Assembly (NCBI GenBank): GCA_951406725.2
Contig: OX597834.1
Location: 45,818,001-45,882,000 of the forward strand
From: Octopus vulgaris
Taxonomy: Eukaryota
Length of the DNA stretch: 64,000 nucleotides
Direction: 5' to 3'
The notes below the pieces were generated by a model. That model ran no database searches and was not told where the DNA came from. It saw only the letters and a list, made by a program, of their open reading frames with translations. How positions within the stretch are numbered: position 1 is the stretch's first letter; each line of letters begins with the position of its first letter. The translations under genes and the position numbers were made by a program. Shown in pieces: positions 52,740 to 64,000 of the stretch.

Positions 52740-54078
52740 CACAATCATTGCTGTTATTATTACAACTGATCCCCTAGGGCCGAACTTTAAAATATATCAT
52801 TTTTTTGTCTTCCAAACATCAACTTACGAAACATTACTTAATGGTTTCATAAACTCTACCAATTCAAAATATTTCGATGTGTTTACGTTAAAATATTTTC
52901 TGTCTTTTAAGAAGTTGTTGTTGTTGTTGTTGTCGTCGTCGACTTTGTTGTTGTTCTTATTGATATAGTTCTTGTTAATTTCGTGGCTGTTATAGCCTTT
53001 GTTCACGTTACAGTTGTCGTTTACCGATTCAACGACTTCTTATCTTTTTCTCTTGTTTTTGTTGTTGTGGTTGGCGCTACTGTTGTTGTTGTTGTTGTTG
53101 TTGTTGTTATATTTGTAGTTGTTATTGCTGCTGCTGCTGCATTTAAATGATATTGGTGCAGCCTGCAGCAAACTTAATCTTTTGCAGTAATCTTCAATAC
53201 TTGCATTATGGGAGTTTATTTTCCTTCTTCTCTTCCTTTCCTTCTCTTTTTTTCTTTTTTTCTTTCTTTCTTTCTTCCTTTCTTTCTTTCTTTCTTTCTT
53301 CCTTCCTTTCTTTCTTTCTTTCTTTCTTCCTTTCCTTTCTTTACGTTTTCTATTTCATTTTTATTCTTTCAAAGATTTATAGCTTTCGTGATAGCAATCA
53401 TCAATTTATGTGAAAACAACGAAAGAATACAAACTTGCTTCGACGTTGAATTCGAAATATGTCACGTGACACACAAATAAAGGATTTTGATAAACAAAAA
53501 AACACAAAAAGAAGACAAATGTACAAAAGCGAACAAAAACTTCTTCAATTTCTATATGTGAGCGTATATGTATATATAGATGTGTGTGTGTTTGTGTATA
53601 TGTGTTTGTATGTGAGTGTATGTGTGTGTTTATGTGAGCGTGCAAATGTGTTATGTGTGTATGTGCACTTTCGTTTATTTTACTCATTTACATCATTGGT
53701 TTGCAGCCATGCTGTAGAAATATTTTCAAGGGTTTCCATGGCTGAGTAGACCGATGTCAGTACGTTATCTCGTGCTTATTTCGTCGATGACCTAAGTTAG
53801 AAAAATCATTGTCAACTTAGCTAAATATAACGAAACTGGATACATTGCCAAACATAAATAGTCCGTTGTTTGTCGCACCGATTCACTGCACCACATCAGA
53901 CACATACAGCAGAACCCCTGCTGGTTGCACAGTTTACTTCCGGCCAAAATCTGGCACCACATAGAGCTACACAAAGGGTTGCTTTAATAAAGACAGCGAC
54001 ACAGCGGCTGCGAGTCGGAATCTATGTGATTAGGAGACACAGTTAGACTAAGCTATATATATATAGCTTATATATATA

Positions 54079-54127
<49 letters not shown>

Positions 54128-54138
54128 TATATATATAC

Positions 54139-54177
<39 letters not shown>

Positions 54178-54179
<2 letters not shown>

Positions 54180-54470
54180 GAGGCGCAATGGTCCAGTGGT
54201 TAGGGCAGCGGACTCGCGGTCGTGGGATCGCGGTTTCGACTCCCAGACCAGCCGTTGCGAGTGTTTATTGAGCGAAAACACCTAAGGCTCCACGACGCTC
54301 CGGCACGGGGTGGTAGCGATCCCTGCTGAACTCTTTCGCCGCAACTTTCTCTCACTCTTTCTTCTGTTGGCCTGCTCGTTTCCAATGATGGGTGGCGTCA
54401 TTTGAAGCGCATTGTGACCAGCGATGTGTAGCAACATCTGATAGCGTGGTCGGTCACGTGATCACGTGGT
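54178..54470 (+). mobile_element. SINE family A, full length
   Basis: A and B boxes, body gagcgaaaacacctaaggctccac, ends in the palindrome cacgtgatcacgtg. Confidence 0.88.
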
Positions 54471-54495
54471 AAATATATATATATATATATATATA

Positions 54496-54653
54496 GGCGC
54501 AAGAGTGGCTGTGTGGTAAGTAGCTTGCTTACCAACCATATGGTTCCGGGTTCAGTCACACTGCGTGGTACCTTGGGCAAGTGTCTTCTACTTCGCGCCG
54601 ACCAAAACCTTATGCGTGGATTTGGTAGACGGAAACTGAATGAAGCCCGTCGT
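54496..54653 (+). mobile_element. SINE family B, 5' half
   Basis: tggctgtgtggtaag..ccgggttcagtc..cttgggcaagtgtcttctac. Confidence 0.9.
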
Positions 54654-55384
54654 AAATATATATATATATATATATATAAGCATACACATATACATATATG
54701 TATTCACACACGCACTCACGCACACACACACATATATATGTATGATTATATATCAATTATAAGGGTGTACAAGGCGCCTTACCCGCTAGAAAGAGGAGTT
54801 AAAACCCTCATTTAAACCACCAATAACACTGAAATATACGACAGGAAATCATTAGTAGTCGGGTGTACGAGTTAAAGATTTCAAAGCAATCATAAAAGCA
54901 CCCTTATCCTTAATATAAAATTTAATTCTGTAGCTATCTAATGTTATAATAGGCCTGCAACCGCCTATATTATTGTTGTTGTTATTATCAACTGTTTATA
55001 TTACCGCAGATAATAATAACAGTAATAATATCTATATAAAGATTCACTTGTGAATATTTACTCCTTGTCGGTATATTTACACAGAAGCTGTTCTGATTTT
55101 GAAGTTAGACAATTCTGAACACCGGCTGACTTCAATGTGACGAAATGTAAACCCGGCGCGTAAAGGCGGAGGAATTGCTGTTAAGCGTTTTGCTCGGCGC
55201 GCTAATAATTCTACGAGTTCACGGCCTATACTAATATGTATAGTGATTTCAAATTATGGCACAATGCCAGCAAGTTCGGCAGATGGTATAAGTCATTTAC
55301 ATCCATCCCAGTGCTTAAATGGAACTTATTTTGTATGTGCCCGAAAGGAAAGTCGACCTCGGCATAGTCGACATGGCGGCAGAC

Positions 55385-55601
55385 GAAATACCTATTTCTT
55401 TACTACCCACAAACAAGAGCAGACAAACGGATTAAGTCAATTATATTGACTCCAGTGCGTAACTGGTACTTAATTTATCGACCCCGAAAGGATGATGGGC
55501 AAAATCGACCTCGGCGGAATTTGAACTCAGAACATAACGGCAGACGAAATACGGCTTCGCACTTCGCCCGGAGTGCTCACGATTCTGCCAGCTTGCCGTC
55601 T
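55385..55601 (-). mobile_element. SINE family C copy
   Basis: atcgaccccgaaaggatg..cgacctcggcggaatttgaactcagaac. Confidence 0.88.
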
Positions 55602-56316
55602 TATATTCATACCTTGAATATTAATATTACATGACATCAGATATTCTTGTATTAAGTTATTTCACACCTAAATCCTTCTCTGTGGACGGATAATGTATTT
55701 CGAAATCCATAAAAATATTTCCCCTATAAATACGCAACTGAAGAGGGAAGAACCTATTAAACAGCAATTCCACAAGCGATCAAATCATAGCTATTGTAAA
55801 TTTATTCATCTCATATTTTTTTCTTTTTTCGTCATCATTGCTTCCCATTTCACAAAATAAACAGAATGAGAATAAAATATAATTGTAAGACGTAAATAAT
55901 TAATTTAAAATAAATTAAGGTTTCTTGACGCCACACACACTTCAAATTTCGTTATGTCAATAAATTTCTCGCATTGCTATCAAACCTTCCCCGATGTAGA
56001 AACCTTCCTGGAAAATACATATCCCGACTACTTTTCCTGGCAAAGTTAGCAACGAAACGGCGTATTTCGCAGTCTACATTTTTCCTTGGCAAAACTATCA
56101 GCAACAGAGAAGGACTTTCTTCCAGCTGCACTGAACAAATATCGTCGAAGTAGCAAAAATGACTCTAGGAAATATAAAAGCCTTTCTTCTTCTTCTTCTT
56201 CTTCTTCTTCTTCTTCTTCTTCTTCTTTTTCTTTTTCTTTTTCTTCTTCTTCATCTTCTTCTTCTTCTTCTTCTTCTTCTTCTTCTTCTTCTTCTTCTTC
56301 TTCATACAATATGCAT

Positions 56317-56665
56317 GTTAGTTAGTTAATTATTTGGCTCAAAAAGCAAAAAGCAAGACCATGTAGGGGGACATGGAGTTATGTACAGGGTGGTGTTCAT
56401 GCAAAGAGTTCAGGCCATTTGTGGTCAAGGGAGACTTTGAACCGAGCGGTCGTCGGCATCTTCACTATCTCGTCCGACAGCTTATTCCACGGAACCGCAA
56501 CCCGGACGGAGAAAGCTCCTCTCCTTCGACTGAGATGAAATCGTCGCAGATAGAGCTTTGCGGAGTGACTCCGCAGCCGACGTTCTGGAGCAGGAGTGAA
56601 GAACAGCTCTTTCGCGAGGTTACACCTTCCGCTTATGATGTTGTGAGCAAGAATGTGATCATGTG
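56317..56665 (-). mobile_element. CR1-clade LINE 3' fragment with (TAAC)n tail
   Basis: RLRSHSAKL..RRGAFSVRVAVPWNKLSDEIV..ARFKVSLDHKW, the CR1 C-terminal FS.RV..WN.L..FK..LD motif. Confidence 0.9.
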
Positions 56666-56981
56666 TCAAATTAAAGCTCGTATGTCTTACGGAATGCTTC
56701 AGAAATGCATTCTTGACTCTGACAACAATACAAGAATTCCACAGAAGACGGTAAGACCTGGAAGTAAGTAGACGAAATACATGACGTGGCAGTGAACACA
56801 TTCAACACTGACATGATATGGAAACCGGGGCATCGATCAGAATATGAGATGGACAAACTTCTCAGAAAAGGATTATAGCCACAGTTTTAATGATCATTCA
56901 GTGACCAGCGATTCATCTCAAACATCACAAGGCACATTGACGAGTCATGGACGAAAGAGAGCGTATATCAAACAGTAACGA

Positions 56982-56985
<4 letters not shown>
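56665..56985 (+). mobile_element. Possible Penelope-like 3' remnant with decayed HHR motif
   Basis: TTGACGA-gtc atg gac-GAAA at 56937-56956 shortly before (TA)n; upstream only a vague resemblance to a GIY-YIG C-terminus. Confidence 0.3.
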
Positions 56986-57021
<36 letters not shown>

Positions 57022-57060
57022 GCATATTATATATATATATATCAATATGGAACACGGATG

Positions 57061-57099
<39 letters not shown>

Positions 57100-57196
57100 G
57101 CATATTATATATATATTTATTTATATACACAGATACATTCATTCACATTTATACATCTATCTATAAATATATATATGTGTGTGTATATATATATGC

Positions 57197-57227
<31 letters not shown>

Positions 57228-57482
57228 CATATATATATTATATATTTTACATATATATATGTGTGTGTGTGTATAGCTACATACATAATACATACATACA
57301 TTCATACGTGCATACATATATACATACACACAAACACACACACACATATATATATATGTACTTTTATCAGCTTATATACATTTAGGTATATTACTCCGGA
57401 ACTACACACGTCAGTCACTCTCAGGTGAAAATTAATGTACTGTTTCTTTCCGAGTAATTCTTTTCAGAAACATCACTGAACA

Positions 57483-57546
<64 letters not shown>

Positions 57547-58249
57547 CTACACACCTATGTATATACTCTTTATAGCCTCCACAGAAAAATTGTGCTCGTT
57601 CCTTTCATTGAAGCGTATATCATATTTTAGCGTACTGGTGCCTCACTGCAGTTTTAATGTGTACATTTACGACATTGTAAAAATTAAAACCCACTACTTG
57701 CCATGTTACATTATACGCATTGCAGTATCCAATATTCGCCTAAATGGAATTGGTCATGCTTTATATGGCTCTGCTAGTTCGTTAGAGAACAATTAGTTTT
57801 ATGCAATTCTCTACTCCAATGAAACAATAAATGAAATGACTTGGATCTCTTCAAAGAATATTGCACCTCGCATATTAAACGCAATCTCTATTTTGCATCT
57901 TCTCTCTTTTTACTGCGTGTATGTGTGTTTTATGCGTGGGTGAGGTTGGCTATGCTGGTGGTGATGATGACCGTGGTGGTGGTGGTGGTGGCAGTCGTGG
58001 TATTTTGCATTCTGGTTGTGTAAGGCATGCGCGTGAGTGCCTGTTTATATGTGTGCTAATAAATGAGAGTATATGTGTGTGCGTGTGTGTGTGTGTTTGA
58101 GTGCGTGTGTTTGGGTATGTGTGTGTGTGCGCGCGTAAGTCTATAGGAACTTAGATTTAGGCTTCCATTTATTTGATGAGTCTACTTTGAAGAATTTGAT
58201 CCCAATTGTATAATTCCGTGTGTATGTATGTGCATGTGTATACACACAC

Positions 58250-58393
<144 letters not shown>

Positions 58394-58505
58394 CAGACAT
58401 AGATGTCTCACATATATATATTTTAATTGTGTGGACTTACACGCACATGCATATATCTCTATGAATGTATATCTCTTTACGTATATGCACCTATATTTCA
58501 ATATC

Positions 58506-58536
<31 letters not shown>

Positions 58537-58737
58537 GAGAGAGAGAGAGAGGGGAGAGAGAGTGACAGAGAAAGAGTAAGAAACAGACAGACATGCAGAC
58601 AAACATGGACTGAGCGTGTGAGAAGTCCATGCACATATGTGCATACTAACGAACAAGTGAAAGCAAGTGGCGTTCAACACGTCAAGTTGAAAATGCATAT
58701 AGAGACACGCACGCACGTATACATACCTATTTACACA

Positions 58738-58769
<32 letters not shown>

Positions 58770-59617
58770 TACATATACATGCATTTATATACGCAAGTTC
58801 ATATATACTCCCGCACGTACACGTACCTATTTACACAGACACACACACATATATATACACATGCATTTATATACGCAATTGCATATATACTCATATATAG
58901 ACATATGTATATCTATGAATGCACGTGCATTCATACATGCAAACAATATAGTTAAGTGTTTAGGCTGTATTTCAACCTTATTTCTGTAACCTTGTTTTCA
59001 CTGGCAGGCTTCTCATTCCACACGCTACTCGTTATTATAAAGTTATACAGTTTCCTATTTCTATCGCCTTTCTATCTGTCAGCAGCAGATATTTGCAACC
59101 AATGTTTTCCATTGCAGTATCACAACAGTTCCCACGCATATCTACTTCTTGGTTCGGTGTTACTGTGATTGTATCAAAGGTCCACGAGAGATTCCGGCTC
59201 TGATGACAGGGTTTCTATGCGATTCTTGAGTTACAATGTCTCGTTCAATAAATGCGGTAACATATTTAGAAAGGGAGAGAGATAGAGAGAGAGAGATAGA
59301 GAGAGAGAGATATATATATATAGAGAGAGGCGGGTATAGAATCATACAATTATATATATAGGGAGAAAGAGTGGTAGGAAAGAAAAAGAGAAACAGGGAG
59401 AGTAATCTGTTGTAATATTTTGGCATGAGAAAATAACCATGTTAGTTTTGTCGTATCGGACATATTCAACAGCCAGAGTTGTATCTTGTGTGGTCTGAAG
59501 CGTCTGAAATATTCTGAACATAGATATTTGATAGATTGGCATCTTGAACGTATTCTACGTGGAACTGAAGTTCGAAGGATTTAAAGTGTGTATGGTATGT
59601 GTGCAAATATATTGTAT

Positions 59618-59953
59618 CCTTTCACCTGTTTCAGTCATTTGACTGCAGTCATGCTGGAGCACCGCCTTAAAAGGTTTTAATCCAACAGTTAGTGTTATGG
59701 GGATGTAAACGCACCAACATCGGTTGTTAAGCGATGGATGGGGGTGGGATAAACACAGACACAAAGACACACATACGGAAATACATACATATAAATACGA
59801 CGGGCTTTTTTCAGTTTCCTTACACCAAATACACTCGCAAGAGTTTCTTGGTCCGAGGCCATAATAGAAGACACTTGCCCAAGGTGCCATGCAGTGGACT
59901 GAATCCAGACCCACGTGGTTGTGAGGGAGGTTTCTCACCACACAGCGACGCAG
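59618..59953 (-). mobile_element. SINE family B copy
   Basis: Head, body and tail ggcggtgctccagcatgactgcagtcaaatgactgaaac. Confidence 0.88.
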
Positions 59954-60130
59954 GTGTGTGTATGTGTGTGTGCATGTGTGTGTGTATGTGTGTGTGCATG
60001 TGTGTGTGTACGTGTGGATATATATATATATATATGTGCATATATGTATTTGCCTGCATATATATATATAAATACATATATAATAATTGAACTATACATC
60101 TATATTTATACACACATATATGTATATATA

Positions 60131-60358
60131 TTTCTTTATTGCCCACAGAGTGCTAAACACAGAGAGGACAAACAAAAGGATTTAGTCGATTACATTGACC
60201 CCAATGCATAAATGGTACATATTTAATCGACCCCGAAAGGATGAAAGACAAAGTCGACCTCTGCAGAATTTGAACGCAGAACGTAACGGCAGACGCAGTG
60301 GGACTGAACCCCCAATCATGTGGTTGGTAAGCAAGCTACTTACCACACAGCCACTCCC
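60131..60358 (-). mobile_element. SINE family C body joined to a family B head fragment
   Basis: Junction near 60296: ..aacggcagac|gcagtgggactgaacc.. Confidence 0.75.
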
Positions 60359-60439
60359 AGAATTATTTATGTTTGCGTATTTTTGTTTAAATTATAGAAA
60401 TTTAGCTGGACCATAGATGTGTTCTGCTCTTTTTGCATA

Positions 60440-60735
60440 AGTCTAAATCTCTCGGCCACTGGAACAGCATGCTCATTGAAATAAAATCAAGTGGCTGAGC
60501 ACCCCACAAACACGCCCACCCTTATCGTAGTTCTCGGGAGATTTGGCTTGAAGCTAAACGTGAAAAAGCTGGGCATGTGAATAACAAGTACAACTCCTTT
60601 TTACCATCTGAGTGGACTGGAGTAACGTGAAATAAATATCTTATCTTAATGGAGGACACAACGCACCGGCGGTTTTCCAATTCACGATCTTACTATAGGG
60701 AGTGGAATATACTAACCACTTAGCCAGCGTCTTCA
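60440..60735 (-). mobile_element. SINE family D copy, diverged (same tail as 41548)
   Basis: cttatcgtagttctcgggag..ctgagtggactggagtaacgtgaaat..ctaaccact. Confidence 0.7.
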
Positions 60736-61613
60736 ATGCAGCTTAATACCATAATTCTTGATTAATGAAAATTATTCTCGCCATTTGACGACGTGTCATA
60801 ATTAGCAATGACCACAGAAGACCAGTTCCATATGAGAATAAGAGATACAGATACTCTCATCTATACTTACACGCACATAATGAAATATTTATATTGACAC
60901 GCATGTGGTGTAATAACATTGTAGTGTAACTGTTAACGACTTCTTAATGAGAGTTTTCCATGTTAGACTTATTAAAATTATGGAAGTATATAATGCATTC
61001 CCTTCAACTTTTGACACACGAGAGCAATCTTAAAGAAGAGCTCGGGGCGATCACATGGATTCCGGTCGGTGGTCTCCTACTTATTTTGTCGACCAGAAAA
61101 GATGAAATGCAATGTCGAACTCCGGGGAGTTTGAACTCAGAACGTAAAGACGTACGAAACGCCACTAAGCATTTTACCCCGGTCTGCTGCCAAATCTGCG
61201 AACTCACACTTTATGCAATTCTATAATGTATTGCTTTCAAATTTTGGCACAAGGCCAGCAATATCAGTGTGGGGTAGTGTATAATTTACAAACCCTGAGA
61301 GAACGAAGGCAAAAGCAACCTTGGTGAAATTCGAACCGATTAACATAAAGGTGCTCGAAATGCATTTGTCCAGCGTTTGTCAAACGTTACTGCAAGTTCG
61401 TTGCCTCATGCAATTATATAATACATCAACAGATAAATTGATGAATGCTTGTACGAAAGATTCGTATTGCCTGAGAGGAGATTTTAATATACGCCAATCT
61501 ATTATTTGTTATAACAATTATCCAATAAATGTTGCCTTTAAATCCAGTCATGTCGTACTTTCCAGATATAATATGCAGTTTGATATGAAGTTACAGATAC
61601 GTGAGCGTCCGTA

Positions 61614-61691
<78 letters not shown>

Positions 61692-62872
61692 TGTGTGTGT
61701 GTGTGTATTCGTATACATCTGCTATCTTGGTAGTTTCTAGCGGACAGTCGGGAGCTTGAACTGTTATAATGTAGCTTTCTGTCATTTACTGTTATTAAGG
61801 CGGCGATTGATGAATCTGGTTGCCGCGCAGGACAAAAGGCTCGGCAGGAAAATATTCAGTGTTCAAATTTCATCGAGGTCGGCCTTGCTCTTTGTCCTTT
61901 TCGGGGGTTGGGGGCTCAATAAAATAAGTACCAGTTACGTACTGAGAACGAGAATATTGTTATTATTGAGTGAGAGAGCAGTGCATGCCTTCAAAGTGAC
62001 ACTGGGGTAAAATATACGAAGCCCAGTATACCCATCATGACTACCCGTCTGATAAGGGTACACCAGGCACATGCATCACAACCAGATGTACGCAACATGG
62101 TGATCTTATATCAAGATAAACAGCACATGACCTTGCAGGTGGTGCCCAGTTAGAATTTTCTTCTGGTCGAGTTACCCATCCCGTTCCAAAGGTCCCTGAA
62201 TGAGGGTTGTTTAAGGGTGTTGAACGAAACACCCATGTTTCTAGAGGTGAATTATTCAAACCCCAAAGAATCCCTCTCAACATATGGCTATGATGTTCTG
62301 CTCATGATCAGAGATGCACATATCGTCAGCCACTAAGGAACATGCTCAACTGGTTAAGGTCAAACAAATGACAGGCAAATCTGTGATATTGAGCAGAATA
62401 TTTGCTGTAGACCATCGCTTATACTAAAACAAAACATGTACACGGTAATACCAGTCATTGCCTGGTACTACAGAATCTCCACAACCCCAAACATGATGAA
62501 CGGAAAACTGAACCACAAAAACACAAAAACTGTATCAGCTGACCAAGCAGATAGATACAATAATACGTAAAGATATGCATAAAAATCTGCTGACATATTA
62601 GAAAAAACTGAAGATTAGGTCTACATTGTTAGAGGCGCCATATCTGCCATGTCCTGTTCAATGTGTGGATAGAAGAAAGTGCTTCGTTCGTTAGTAAAGG
62701 GAAATAAACAAACAGGTCTTGATCAACTCGTTTAGAAAGGACACGTAATCCCAACTACAAGACAGAAAAAGAAATTTATTACTCATTTTTAGCAACGGCC
62801 TGACGCCATTTCTAGCGGACGAGTGCAGGCATACCCACACACACACCTATATATGCATGTGTGTGTGTATAC

Positions 62873-62904
<32 letters not shown>

Positions 62905-63047
62905 GAGTGTGTGTGTGTGTGTGTGTGTATACGTACACACACACATATATATATATATATATAGTTATTTATATATATATATATATATATATGTATATTT
63001 ATATTTATATATATATATGTACAAATGTTTATATATATATGTATATA

Positions 63048-63094
<47 letters not shown>

Positions 63095-63414
63095 GCACGC
63101 ACCCACACACATTGCAATAGTTGGTAATTGATTAGTTGGTTGGTTGCAAAAGAAACCAGATGGCGACATGATTAGGTCTATCTAAGTTTGAATGACTAAT
63201 GAGAAGGATCTATTTTGAATCGTATACGTTCCTAACTAGAGGCTGGCAGAGTAAGTTTGGATGGATGAGAAACAGGGAACTAGAGAGAGGGTAAGAGACA
63301 GAGACAGAGAGAGGGAGAGAAAGAGAGGGAGAGATGGAGAAATAGGGGTGGAAAGAGGAAGTTGTACCATGTGTTGGTTTTCGTTACTGTTGGTGACTGT
63401 GTAGACGGCATTTG

Positions 63415-63680
63415 TGATGGTGATGCTGCTACCGCTGCTGCTGCTGCTGCTAATGATGATGATGAAGGTGGTGATGGTGGTGATGATGATGATGATGATG
63501 ATGATGAGGAGGAGGATGGTGGAGGTGATGGTTGTGATTGTATCGGTGGTGGTGGTTATGGTATTCGTCGTCGCCGTCGTCGTAGAGGGATATGTGGTGA
63601 TGGCGGTGGTGGAGGTGATGATGGTGGTGGTGGTGGTGTTTGTGCTGGTGGTGGTGGTGGTGATTGTAATGGTTGTGGGT
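63415..63680. repeat. Compound (GAT)/(GGT)/(GCT)n trinucleotide tract
   Basis: Directly visible; explains the poly-T/H/G/D ORFs. Confidence 0.95.
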
Positions 63681-64000
63681 GAAACAACTGTATACAGAGA
63701 CTTCAAAAGTGCGGGATTTAATGCGACAAGATGTCGTCAATTTTAGAATAAAATGTAATAAAGCAAAGCAGTAAAAGCAGGAGATTAACAACAACAACAA
63801 CAGCAACAACAATGACGACAACATCAAACAAAGGAATATAATTAGTGCTGAATGGGAAATGAAATCTATGCGACTCGGATGTTATAGTATGATGTTGATA
63901 AAGGTTGGAACTCATTTTCTCTGTGACGTGTATAATTACAGCATGGCTTCGGGTAATGTTTGTGGAAACAGCAGGATTGTTGGTGTATTGGTTTAGCCAG

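Noticed and set aside
59198-59230. CTGATGA core
   Set aside because: No downstream GAAA or stem II.
61968-62450. Complex ~480-bp segment that looks like an interspersed repeat or exon
   Set aside because: No second copy, domain, splice evidence or termini within the window; needs a database search.

Overview
Gene-poor, AT-rich eukaryotic DNA dense in microsatellites. The SINE families and repeat landscape suggest a cephalopod such as Octopus, but that is inference. I can support no intact host gene or exon, and almost all listed ORFs are translations of simple repeats. Recognisable content: about four tRNA-headed SINE families (some chimeric), decayed mariner/Tc1 fragments, one Ty3/Gypsy integrase fragment, three 3' LINE fragments, two R4/Dong-type fragments in (TAA)n, and Penelope-like (PLE) RT and pLTR remnants. 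The most notable signal is a set of minimal type-I hammerhead ribozyme (HHR) motifs. One is near-canonical and lies in a hairpin-rich ~215-nt retrozyme-like unit (20095-20310, minus). One lies in a fold-back element whose second copy turns back exactly at the predicted cleavage site (3180-3366 vs 23307-23450). One is fused to a tRNA-derived Pol III head (4641-4895, minus). All alignments and folds were done by eye.
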